In this document: piece by piece, positions 38,401 to 50,639 of the stretch
How the letters are laid out: each line of letters begins with the position of its first letter
Position numbering within the stretch: the stretch's first letter is position 1
From: Octopus sinensis
Lineage: Eukaryota
Reading direction: 5' to 3'
Assembly: GCF_006345805.1 (NCBI RefSeq)
Contig: NC_043006.1
Coordinates: 89,466,001 to 89,530,000, forward strand
Length of the DNA stretch: 64,000 nt
Notes under the pieces: model-generated
What the model saw: only the letters and a program-made list of their open reading frames with translations
What the model was told of the DNA's origin: nothing
The model's database searches: none
Program-made: the position numbers and the translations under genes

Positions 38401-40522
38401 TTACCATACTCTCACACACACATATATGTATAAATTTGTGAATACACACACACACAAACATAGTTTTTCCATATATCAATGGTGGCAAAGAAGATTTGGC
38501 TAGTATGTGGTGAGTGGATCTCTTGGTGGTGAAGTGCAAACACACTAAAATCACATGATGCAGCAGTACCCTGTGCTTCTTAGCACCAAACATTTATATG
38601 AGAGGATTTTTCAAGGCAAATACTACAATACTATGGTATTCAAACAATGTATCCATGTTAAGTAGTTTATAAAGATGGTCATTTGGTATTAATACTACTT
38701 TCGTCACTACTACTTGATATATATGTGTGTGTGTATGAATATATGTATGTATGTATGTGTGAGTGTATGTATGTATGTAAGTATGTGTGAGTGTGTGGTT
38801 ATGTAAGTATAGAGGGAACACTGATAACTGAAAACAGAAACACACAGCCACAGAAAAGCTCTGCAGTATTTCTTGATTATATCCTCTTACATCAATCTCT
38901 ACTTTGCATTGTGTGTCTTTGACAAACAATGAAATAAATACCAAAGTAGTTGGGTTGACAGAAATTGACTAAAATGTTTCAAGGCATTGCCCTAGCAAGG
39001 CCACAGTCCAATGAATGAAATCATAAAAAATATAAAGAACACAGAGAAAAACATAAGCACATGCATGAACGCACACATCTGTATGCGTGCAGACAAGAAT
39101 CAAAATCGATACATGCATGCACACACCCCTACAATGTTAGACATAGATTTACAAATACGTTTTGCTTGAAATGACTGAAGAAAGTGGATGATTGTGTAAT
39201 TGCTTATTATGTAACCACTTGATATGTGCATATCATAAAATGTATTTTAAATACAATTGGTTTCTGTTGTTATTCAAATATCATGGAGCTCATGTTTCTG
39301 ACAATCTAGCATACCACTGCATAGATAATTTAATTGCAATGGTATACAGGTATAGAAGTGGCATGTCTAAGTAAATATTGAGTATGAGATATTTAGTAAT
39401 ATGAACCGCATTAAAACAAACTACTGAATATATGTGTATTTCATCTTTCACTGTCCTTGTCTAGTTGTTTCTTCCATTATATATTTTTCCCATTCTCCTC
39501 ATAACTCATCCTTATTTACTATTTGGCCTAAAGACCATTTTTTTCTACTTATTCATCTATAATGTCTGCTCATTTTTACTCCAGTAGCTAATGTTGTTAA
39601 CACTGCCAAATGGAACAATGTTGCTGGAAGATGTCAAAATTGTGCTGACATTTAGTCAATGACTGATGAGGGGTTGAGTCATGTTGATGTGTATTTTCTG
39701 TTTTTATATGCTTCTTTGTCATCACCATTCCCAGCGCCACATTTTCCATGACCGAATATATGTATATAATACACATGTATATATACATACCTAAAAACAT
39801 TCATGCATAGATACAAACACACACACACTCACGCGCAAGTGCAATATATATCCTTAAAACAATATGGTGAGAGAAATGAGACTTAGATAGAGAGGTAATA
39901 GCAGAATGCAGATGATGTAAGAGAACAGAAAAGTTAAATTGGAAGCATTTTTGAACAAGCTGGAATTTTGTAGAACAGAGGACTTTTTGAAGTAGCTGCT
40001 TTTCAGAGTTGTGGCTCTTTAACAGGTTGTTTTCATCTCCAGTTATCTAATGCTTCCTTTAGTTTTTTTGCTTTATAATTTAAAAAAATGTTCATAGTCT
40101 CTGTTAAGATACATAGAGAGCATCTTATTAAATGAAATTGGGGAACAAAAATCAGTGAGAATTTACTGAACATAACACATTTGCTTTGAAACAGTAATTT
40201 TAAAATAATGTCCCCCTTCTCAGTAAAAAACATACTTCTTAAACTTTCAAATAGTTATCGATAAATAACTAAATATATTGACTATACTAGATTAAATTTA
40301 TTAACAGAAAAATTTTTAATTATTGAACTGGCATACCTGAGGCACTGGAGACCGCATTAGCTGAGTTTTATAGTGTTTTTAAATAACTGAACTACAGTTG
40401 CAAATACCTCATGGGAAAGAATAGAAGCTTTCAAAAGCGAAGTGCATGGAAACTCCCTTGTTAATTACTCCTCAGAAAATGCAGCCCTCTTTCATTTCAA
40501 ATGTGCAATGGGACTATTGTTT

Positions 40523-40725
40523 ACATATGTATGTATGTATGTATGTATGTGTGTATGTATGTACGTATGTATGTATGTGTGTGTGTGCGTGTTTATGTAT
40601 GTATTTATGTATGCTTGTATGTATGTATGCGTGTATGTATGTATGTATGTGTGTTTGTGTTTATGTATGTATGTATGTATTTATGTATGTATGTACATAT
40701 GTATGTGTGTGTGTGTGTGCATACA
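40523..40725. repeat. (TATG)n/(TG)n microsatellite
   Basis: Direct reading. Confidence 0.95.
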
Positions 40726-41139
40726 TGCTGCTGCATTGTCTTTGTCATTTTATGTTGTTGCTTTCCTTTCCTAGGACGGCAAGGGTTAGGGTTAGGGTCT
40801 GGTCTTGTATGGTATCTCACCACTTGTTCCATTCTGTTGCAATCAGAGATAGTCATCCTCTGTTCACCCTTTACCTTCAATCATTGAACTGCAGTCCTGC
40901 CGCCAACTTGGAAGAGTTTTAGTGAAACGAAGTGACTCTAGTAAAATCTTTTTGAAAGTCTGTTACTTATTCTGTTGATCTTCTTTTGCCGAACTGCATA
41001 GTCATGAGGACATAAAGAAAACGCTAGTTTTCAAGTAATGTTGGTGGAGGCAAACACAAACACACATGTATACACACACAACACACCTCTATATGACAAG
41101 CTTCTGCCCAGTTTCCATCACAAGGTATTGATTGGATCA

Positions 41140-41240
41140 AAGTCGACCTTGGCGGAATTTGAACTCAAAACATAACGGCAGATGAAATATAGCTACGCAT
41201 TTCGCCCGGTGTGCTATCGATTCTGCCAGCTCGTCACCTA
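41140..41240 (-). mobile_element. tRNA-SINE family B 5' fragment
   Basis: AAAGTCGACCTTGGCGGAATTTGAACTC...TTCTGCCAGCTCGTCACC. Confidence 0.8.
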
Positions 41241-42294
41241 AAACTCTACCATACCACTAATACAAGGTATGGAGACTAAAGAGCCACCTTTACTTTGTAT
41301 AAGATTTTATTCCAAGTTTTTGCTCTTCTGTATTGGTTGCCTTCACTGCCACTTGTAGAAACTATCTCTTACATTTCTTCCTTCTTTTTCAATATTATTT
41401 CTGCAAAGCTCTTATGAAATGACACCCTTTTTGTTACCGACTATTTTACAGATTTGACTGGGTGCAGTTTCTTAATATGTGCAAGTGTGGATGAATTTGA
41501 AAATAAGGTTTAAACTGTGACGTTTCAGAATCCTTTTCAGATGAACTTGGATTCAAGCAATCAAAATAAATGGCTTAACTAAAGAGTTTGGAATTGCTAA
41601 GATGCACAAAACTGCTGCAACAGGGACACGATGCTTTGTTAGTGACAGATCTATTTGTTTAGAGATGGAAATACCTTAATAAAATGTGCAAGAGCTTATT
41701 CAACACACACAGACACAACACACACACACAGACACAACACACACACACACACACACATTATTGGGACATATTTTTGAGTTGTAAAATGTTCCATTGTGAG
41801 AAAGTGGTTCCTGCTCAAATGTTCCCAGACAGTGAAGCATAAATTAGGTGAGATGTTTCTCTAAACATTACTTACACTTTTGAGTTTTTTCAGTTTTTCT
41901 AAATTGGGCTTTAGTTAATCACTTGATTAATTACACCTAATAATACATACAAAACACGCACACAAACACATACACACACATGTATACACAGAATAGGCTT
42001 CCTGCAGTTTCTATCTACCAGCTTCCCTCATATGCCAGTGGTTTGTCTGGGGAGGGAGTAGAGGATACCCAAGGTCCTGTACAGTGGGACTGAACCTGAA
42101 TCTACATGGTTATGAAATGAACTTAAACATATATGTATATATATACAAAGTATGGGGGTTTAGTTCAGAGGTAATCTAAATGATTAGGTACACAAAGTAA
42201 GTGCTGCAGTGGATTACTAGGTCTCCAAGATTATAGCTGAGACAGCAGTTATGGAGCCATTACATGCAGCAGATATATGATTGTTAATCATTAC

Positions 42295-42508
42295 TGTATT
42301 TATTTTGAGATGTTCTTTGTTTCTTTCAATTAATTTTAAATCTAACAAAGGATTTAGTAAAATAACTTAGTTATCATTCAGCTAGTGTTAGGAGCATAAA
42401 TTGTGACTAAAGTTTGGTGGAAGATTTTAATTCAAAACTTATGAAAACAAGACATTTGTTCTACTGAGCCAGAGCCGGTTTCAGCCGGGTTGGTAATGAA
42501 AGGGTTAA
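42295..42508. mobile_element. Possible piggyBac-like MITE terminus
   Basis: Ends in AAAGGG followed by TTAA with a subterminal CCGG..CCGG hairpin; the other end was not found nearby. Confidence 0.4.
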
Positions 42509-42581
42509 GGAGGACAACAAACACTAAGGCAAGGCAAACATTTCAAGTCATATACAATATTATTATAAGAAAAAATTCAAA

Positions 42582-42638
42582 GTTTTACAGCTGTTTCTGG
42601 GATATCCCCAAGTATGGGGTATCATGTCATCAGAGATA
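42582..42638 (-). ncRNA. Minimal hammerhead ribozyme, stems partly decayed (PLE-like element about 42570-43635)
   Basis: Minus strand: ATCT-CTGATGA-CATGATACCCCA-tact-TGGGGATATCCCA-GAAAC-AGCT-GTA-AAAC. Confidence 0.65.
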
Positions 42639-43639
42639 AACAGGGAAAAATTGGGAAAATGAGAAATGTATATATTAATGAGATGACGACATAGAGGAAG
42701 GGAGTCAAGGAATAAGGAGATGGAGAGAAAGAAGAAAAAAGAAGCATAAAAGTTCATAGATGTTGTAGAAACAAGAGCATAAGTCCTTAGGTGCAATCCT
42801 GCATAGATCCATGTAGGTTAAAATCCTGATATAATATACATCCAGAGAAAATTGATGTGAACATATCAGCATTCAATAACAGAATGGTAGCAGAGGTGGC
42901 TATTAAGTGGTAAAAGGAAAGAAAAGAAATAGAAACAGAAGTAGATAGAGTGAGGGGGGGATTTAAGGATGGGCTTTAGGATAAAGTAAGGTGTATAGGT
43001 GTATGGTGCCTAAGAATTGTGTACAGGGTAGTCAAGAAGATAAGAGAGAGGATGAGGAGGTAGAGGAAGATAGAGTAAAAAAAAAAATAGGGCAAAATGA
43101 AAGGAATTTAAAGAGAGCTGTAGGTGTTTGTGGTAGTCTTAAAGTCTATACATGTTAAGGAGGAAATCTAGTAGTAAATACTTGTGTCCTTTCTGGCTAA
43201 GGTCAGTGGCTGTAGAGTTTAATTTTAGCAATGGGGTTATGGGTGTGTAGGTAGTCGAGAATGGAGGAGCTAGTTGAATGTTTATTTATGTGTGGGAGTT
43301 AGATATTAGGGGATTTATTGGGTTGAGGATTAAAAATGAATTAAGGATAAATTATAGAATATTTATCTCATAAGGTGAAATGGTAAGGGAGATAAAAGAG
43401 ATATAAATGGTAAGGTAGATAAAAGAGATATAAGATATAAGGTAGAAATAAGAGATATAGAAATATAAGGAGATATAGAAGAGAGGAATGTGTTAATGAT
43501 CATTGGTTTGTATGTGGGTGATATTCGGGGGGGGGGGGGTGAACTTTTAGATTTATGAAAGAATTTAAAAGTGCAGAAGAATTTGTGCTTACACAGTGAA
43601 GGGCTCATATTTATTAAGCAATTGTAGTAAGTTGTGGGT

Positions 43640-43800
43640 TATATATATATATATACATATATATACATACATACATATATATACATACATACATATATAT
43701 ACATACATACATATATATATATATATACATATATATATACATACATATATACATATATATATATACATACAAACATATATAAATATATATATATATATAA
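43640..43800. repeat. (TA)n/(TACA)n microsatellite
   Basis: Direct reading. Confidence 0.95.
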
Positions 43801-43974
43801 AATTAGAAAAAAACACCTTTTATCAATTCAAAATGAACAATTAAATTACACCATCTAGAAAATTACATATAACAGAAATATTAAAATTAAAATAACAATA
43901 AAATGTCAATGATTAAGTAAATTGCAAAAAAATAATAAAAACATATATAATTGGATTTTGTATTATTTTTGTAT

Positions 43975-44019
<45 letters not shown>

Positions 44020-44039
44020 ATATATATATACATACATCA

Positions 44040-44515
44040 GAAAGCAGAACCAAACTCGAAGTCGATCAACATCAGTGGATATTGCAGCTGTGATACCAGT
44101 GCCGGTGACAAGTAAGCGAACCATCCAATCGTGGCCGTTGCCAGCGCCACACAGACTGACCTCCATAAAAAGCACCATCCGTTCGTGGCCGTTGCCAGCC
44201 TCGCCTGGCCCCCGTGCCGGTGGCACGTAAAAAGCACCATCCAATCGTGGCCATTGCCAGCCTCGCCTGGCACCCGTGCCGGTGGCATGTAAAAAGCACC
44301 ATCTGTCCGTGGCCATTTGTCAGCCCCGTCTGGCATGTAAAAACACCCACTACACTCACAGAGTGGTTGGCATTAGGAAGGGCATCCAGCCGTAGAAACA
44401 CTGCCAGATCAGACTGGGCCTGATGCAGCCTTCTTGCTTCCCAGACCCCAGTTGAACCGTCCAACCCATGCTAGCATGGAAAGCGGACGCTAAATGATGA
44501 TGATGATGATGATGA
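44040..44515 (+). mobile_element. RTE 3' UTR copy with about four internal modules
   Basis: Same family as the minus-strand RTE it abuts; ends in (ATG)n. Confidence 0.9.
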
Positions 44516-47500
44516 TCATCATCATCATCATCGTTTAGCGTCCGCTTTCCATGCTAGCATGGGTTGGATGGTTCAACTGGGGTCTGGGAAGCCAGAAGGC
44601 TGCACCAGGCCCAGTCTGATTTGGCAATATTTCTACGGTTGGATGCCCTTCCTAATGCCAACCACTCCGAGAGTGTAGTGGGTGCTTTTTTACGTGCCAC
44701 TGGCACGGAGGCCAAGCGAGGCTGGCAATGGCCACGATTGGATGGTGCTTTTTACGTGCTACTGGCACGGAAGCCAGTCGGGGCGGCACTGGCAACGGCC
44801 ACGATCAGATGGTTTTCTTACGTGCCACCGGCACTGGTATCACAGCTACAATTTCCATTCATGTTGATTGATTTTGATTTTGATTTTCACTTGCTTCAAC
44901 AGGTCTTTGCAAGTAGAGTTTTGTGTCCCAAGAAGGAAAGGTATGCATAAGTGGACTGGCTACATCCCAGGTAGAGGCCATGGGTTATGATCTCACTTGT
45001 CCTGCCGGGTCTTCTCACGCACAGCATACTTCCAAAGGTCTCGGTCTCTAGTCATCTCCTCGGTGAGACCTAAAGTTCGAAGGTCATGCTTCACCACCTC
45101 GTCCCAGGTTTTCCTGGGTCTACCTATTCCACAGGTTCCCTCAACCGCTAGGGTGTGGCACTTTTTCACACAACTATCTTCATCCATTCTCGCCACATGA
45201 CCATACCAGCGCAAATGTCTCTCTTGCACACCACAACTGATGCTTCTTAGGTCCAACTTTTCTCTCAAGGTACTTACACTCTGTCGAGTATGAACATTGA
45301 CATTACACATCCATCGGAGCATACTGGCTTCATTTCTTGCGAGCTTACGCATATCCTCAGCAGTCACGGCCCATGTTACACTGCCATGTAGCATGACTGT
45401 TCGTACACATGCGTCATAGTCTGCCTTTTACTCTGAGCGAGAGGCCTTTTGTCACCAGCAGAGGTAAGAGCTCTCTGAACTTTGCCCAAGCTATTCTTAC
45501 TCTAGCAGTTACACTTTCAGCACACCCGCCCCCGCTACTGACTTGGTCACCTAGGTAACGGAAGCTATCAACTACTAGTTTTTCTCCCTGGATTGTGGCA
45601 AAGTTGGTCTCTGTGCATTTTCAATGTTTATTGCTCCTGAGCATCTGCCACATACAAAAACTATCTTCCTAGTTAGCCTTCGTTTGACATTGCTGCGCCT
45701 CTTATGTGTCCATAGCTTACACTTGGAGCATCTTATAGAGTTTCTACCTACGCCTTTTCTACAGATCGAGCAGGGCCATCTACTTGAAGGTGTTTGTGAT
45801 TTGTCTATCTTCCTACTTATTAGGACTTTGGTTTTAGCTAGGTTGACTCTAAGGCCGTTCGATTCTAATCCTTGTTTCCACACCTGAAACTTCTTCTCCA
45901 GTTCTGATAGTGACTCAGCAATTAGAGCAAGGTCATCAGCATAGAGGAGCTCCCAGGGGCATTCTGTCTTGAATTCCTCCTATATTGCCTGGAGGACTAT
46001 GATAAATAGGAGGGGGCTGAGGACTGAACCTTGGTGGACCCCTACCTCTACCCGGAATTCTTCACTGTACTCGTCGCCAACCCTCACCTTACTAACAGCG
46101 TCCCTGTACATGGCTTGCACAGCTCTCACTAACCATTCATCTATCCCTAGTTTCCTCATTGACCACAAGACAAGGGATCAGGGCACCCTGTCGAAGGGTA
46201 CCATCATCCATGCGAACACATCACGATTCTCTCTCACACACTGTCTTGCAACATGAAATACCTCAAATCTTTGGTCCTTGCGGTGCAGAACATTGGCAAA
46301 TTTTTTCTTATCTGCTTTCCCTCTGGCTAAATAAACCTGTCTCCTAGCTTCTCTTTTGGCAGTCTGATATAATTCCCTGCTACCTCCATTCTTCCAGTCC
46401 TTCCAAGCCTGTCTCTTTTCTCTAATGGCCCTGTCTACAACATTGTTCCACCATCACGTTATTTTGGGTCAAGAGAGGACTTTGCACCATCCACAGATCT
46501 GGTCAGTGGCTCTCAGCAGGTTGTCCTGTAGAAACCTCCAGTTGTCTTCTACACTATGTGAATGTATATCCTCATCTATTTCGTCAAAGGTTTCGAGTAA
46601 TATGTCTCTAAATCTCTGTCCATTCGCAAGATCTTTAAGCTTCCAGACCCTTCTTTTCCATGTTGGTCATCTTCTGAGCGTCCACTTAGTCCTGATCTTA
46701 AAGTCACTAACTACCAGTCTATGTTGTGGGGTACATTCTTCACCTGGGAAGGTTTTGGCATTTATAAGCAACCATCTTTCTCTTTTTCTGGCAAGGATGT
46801 AGTCAATTTGGCTAGTATATCGGCCCAATTGGTAGGTGACTAGGTGACTGGTAGCTTTCCTGAAGTTAGTATTGCAAACCATAAGATCATTTGCATCGCA
46901 GAACTCCAGCAGCCTGGTTCCCTCCTCGTTGCAGGAACCATAGCCGTAGCCTCCATGTACGCCATGGAAGCCCCCTGTATGCTGTCCAACATGTCCATTG
47001 AAGTCACCAGCCACAAAAAGAAGGTCCCTGTCGTTCGTCAACGAGGTAGTCTGCAGTAGGGTGTCATAGAATTGGTGTTTCTATCCATCGGCTGAGGGGC
47101 ATAGGCCGATATAATAGTTGCTAACCCATGGTGAAGCATTAATCTAATCTTAAGTATTCTGTCGCATACACTGACTACCTCAATTACTTTATCTACCCAT
47201 TTTTCAGAAAGAAATATACCAACACCCCCGACCCCGTCAGTGTTCCCTGCCCAGAAAATCTTGTACCTGCGTTCTTTGCCTGTGAGGAACCTAGCAGAAC
47301 CTCCTCTCCACCTTACTTCTTGGATGCAGCATATATCAACACATCTCCATTCAAGCATCTCAATAATCTCACTAGACCTACCTTTCAGTGTGCCAACGTT
47401 GAGAGTGCCAACCCTGAGGGTGTGGGAGGTATGGGCCCGTAAGACCCTGTGGTGGGGGACACTAGCTTCAAGTACCTGAAAAGAAAACTCGCATTTGGCA

Positions 47501-47555
47501 GAATAGAAAATTCACATTTGGCAGAATGTTCGCATTTGGCAGAATACTCGCATTT

Positions 47556-47560
<5 letters not shown>
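44516..47560 (-). mobile_element. Near full-length RTE LINE (APE endonuclease plus RT), internally deleted and frameshifted
   Basis: APE motifs TLNV, CIQEVRW, SAYAPQ, GDFNGHVG, SQIDYIL, QHRLVV; RT motifs FDRVP, GVHQGSVLSPLLF, LLYADDL; C-terminus WYGHV..GRPRKTW; jump from CVRMDDGT to FDRVP near 46195 marks loss of the first RT subdomains. Confidence 0.95.
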
Positions 47561-47607
<47 letters not shown>

Positions 47608-47609
47608 TA

Positions 47610-48855
47610 TACAAAATAAGAAAATGGAGAAATACACCTTAATCAATAATCAACTACCAGATAATACCCATTCACATAATTTATTAACCAACTAAATAAG
47701 AACATAAAGGTCAAATATAATAGTACAGAACAAAACAGTGCACATCAATGAGTAACTTACTACTATATATATATCACCGTCAAAACTCTGACTTGTATGC
47801 GTTTATATGCATGTACACTTCTGGATTTTGCTATGATGTAAATCAATATTTTTCCTTTTTCATTTTATATGTGATTGCTGATCTATAATGTTTTGTATTG
47901 TACTGTATTATTAGTATTATTATGTTACTATTTTACTATATTATGCTGTTGATGTATTCTATGGGATTTTTTCCATGTAATATGTACTGTGAACGGCGTG
48001 ATGCACATATTATTTTACTGGTATTATTATTATTATTAATAATAATAATAATATTAATAATATTAATGGCATTTTGTAACTTGATATAATGAACTCTTGA
48101 CTTTGTATATGTACATTTGCATATGGATATGTGTATGTTTGTATATTGTAATATTCTAATATATTGATTTGACTAACTGTAACCTTATATATATATGTAT
48201 GTATGTTATTATACATTATTATGTATATACGTATATATATATATAGGTGCATGTGTATATACACTTATATGTATGTGTATATTATGTATATGTACTTATT
48301 CTTGTATGGGTGTACCTTCTCTGATATTCATATTTAGATTGTACTTTATAATCTCTGAAGAGGCCTTGGCATATATTTGTAAGTGTCTCATTTATAACCA
48401 CATATTAACTTATCACACCTGGCTAATATGAGCATAATGAGATACTCATATCTATATGGCTGAAACAGCTGTAAGATAAAGTTTATATTAATATTTATTT
48501 ATATTTATTTATACATATTGTACTTATTGTATCATATTACTCATTGATGTGCACTGTTTTGTTCTGTACTATTATGTTTGACCTTGATGTTCATATGTAG
48601 TTGGTTAATAAATTATGTGAATGGGTATTATCTGGTAGTTGATTATTGATTAAGGTATATTTCTCCATTTTCTTATTTTGTATTATGAATTTGTGGTAAA
48701 ACATTTTACCTTCATAATACTATAAATGAATTAACTGCATCGCAATTCTTAACATTTATGTATTAACTTTGTTGGGTGCTTTACTGGCAGTATATTGGAT
48801 ATATGTTATCCTATGGTGGGTTGCACTCACAACCCTATCTCAATTTGTAATTTTA
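47610..48855 (+). mobile_element. Non-coding PLE-like / retrozyme-like element with inverted 146-bp arms and a hammerhead
   Basis: 47610-47755 is the reverse complement of 48537-48682; hammerhead at 48351-48477; (TA)n on both flanks; no recognisable ORF. Confidence 0.7.
48351..48477 (+). ncRNA. Type I hammerhead ribozyme with long stem II extension
   Basis: ATCT-CTGAAGA-GGCC...(GTGTCTCATT/AATGAGATAC)...GGCT-GAAAC-AGCT-GTA-AGAT; all core positions intact. Confidence 0.8.
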
Positions 48856-48886
48856 TACATATATATATATATACATATATATATAC

Positions 48887-48925
<39 letters not shown>

Positions 48926-48968
48926 CATACATATATATGTACATACATATATAAAAATATATATATAC

Positions 48969-49001
<33 letters not shown>

Positions 49002-49062
49002 CATACATCCATATATACATACATATATATACATACATACATATATATACATACATACATAC

Positions 49063-49096
<34 letters not shown>

Positions 49097-49114
49097 GTAT
49101 AAATCCTTAAAAAT

Positions 49115-49308
49115 GTTTTAGCCCGAAGGCTGCGGCCATGCTGGGGAACCACCGCTGAATGAGCTACACTAATATATGAATCCACCTCTGATACGTGGTA
49201 CTTGGTCAACAAGAGAGTTCAATGCTGCTGCCTGCATCTGTGTCTCCTGTCGTGAGGTAGGTTCATCTGGGACCCCCGACAAGAAGAGATCCAGTTTAGT
49301 TTTAAAGA
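49115..49308 (-). mobile_element. CR1-type LINE extreme 3' end
   Basis: Minus strand FKTKLDLFLSGVPDEPT...NSLVDQ, then tail GCGGTGGTTCCCCAGCATGGCCGCAGCC...GCTAAAAC. Confidence 0.75.
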
Positions 49309-50024
49309 AACACAGTGGTCGACATTAGGAAGGGCATCCAATAATAGAAACCATGCCAAAGCTGACATGAAGCATGATGCAACCCTGCGGCTGACTGGAT
49401 TTTGTCAGACCATCCAACTCTCACCAGCAAGGAAGATAAATGTTAAATGATAATGACGAGGATGATGATGAGATATCTATGCATACATACAAAATAAAGT
49501 TGTATGCAATTTCCATTCACAAAATATTGTTCAGAAAGCATTATTCAGTCTGAATCTTGCCTAAAGTGTTTGCTGTGCAATAGGATTGAACCGGGAACCA
49601 TACAGAAACAATCTTCTAAATTCTATGGCCATAAAAATTTATAAAATTTTTCCTTTAAATAAGAATCTCTAAAAGTAAGACTTTTTACTAATCAAAGTAA
49701 ATCTAAAACTAATAATAAGCAAATATTTCTGAAATATTTCTTTTCTTACATCGAATTACTTTTCTTGCAGTTTGATAAACCTTAACCTCTTTAGTTAATT
49801 ATGACACAGCAAAATTATAAAATCTGGCAGCCACATTCATTAATTAGCTATTTAGGCCTATTAAGGTAGACTTTAAGTCCGGAACTTTCTTATTGATGTT
49901 TCAGCAAAGTGGCTTGTTATTGCAGTTATTGTTGTTGCTGTTATTGTAATGGTAAATGTGACTTGTTATTGCAATTCTGGTAATAAAGGTGATAATTACA
50001 ATTATTTCTGAGAGTTCAACCTCA

Positions 50025-50280
50025 ACACCATCACTGCCACCACCACCACAGCCATTATTGTACCACAACCACCATTGCTGCCACCAACCATCACTAACAT
50101 CGGCACCATTACCAACAGAACACTACTATTTCTGTTATCATCACCATCACCATCACTAACTTAACCTCTACTATTGTCATCACACCACTATTTCTATCAC
50201 CACTATCTCTACCACCACACACCACAATCACCATCCCCACCCCCATCATCATCATCATTTCTGTAACCATCACTTCATCT
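50025..50280. repeat. (CAC)/(CAT) low-complexity tract
   Basis: Direct reading. Confidence 0.85.
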
Positions 50281-50639
50281 CTAGAAGAATAATTCTCACG
50301 ACTGTCTCCTTCTCCTTTTCTTTCACCTCCCAAAACTAATTGTAAGGATTTTGATATAAGAAAAAAAAAATTGTAAACAGAAAACTGAAATGTTGTCTTT
50401 GAATAAATGAAAACCTACTGCATGGGCATTGCAAAAATTGCCTTTGTCTAACATATGCCCCACCTGAATATTTAGTGGAGATGGTCACTGATGGAACAAC
50501 TTGAAGAATAGGTCTTCTAAACCAATGCTGACCAGCAACTAAACAACTGCAGACTAAAATAAAAATAAAAAAAAAGAAACCTTCTCAATGTAACTTTATC
50601 TTCAAAATATTATTTTGAGAGCAAAGTCAATATTTTTAA

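Noticed and set aside
40782-40798. Interstitial telomere (TTAGGG)
   Set aside because: Under three units; too short to call.
44095-44350. CRISPR-like repeat-spacer pattern
   Set aside because: The intervening parts are homologous to each other, context is a eukaryotic LINE UTR and there are no cas genes.
23565-49212. Many YI/HT/CV-rich ORFs
   Set aside because: Read-through of (TA)n, (CA)n and (TATG)n microsatellites.
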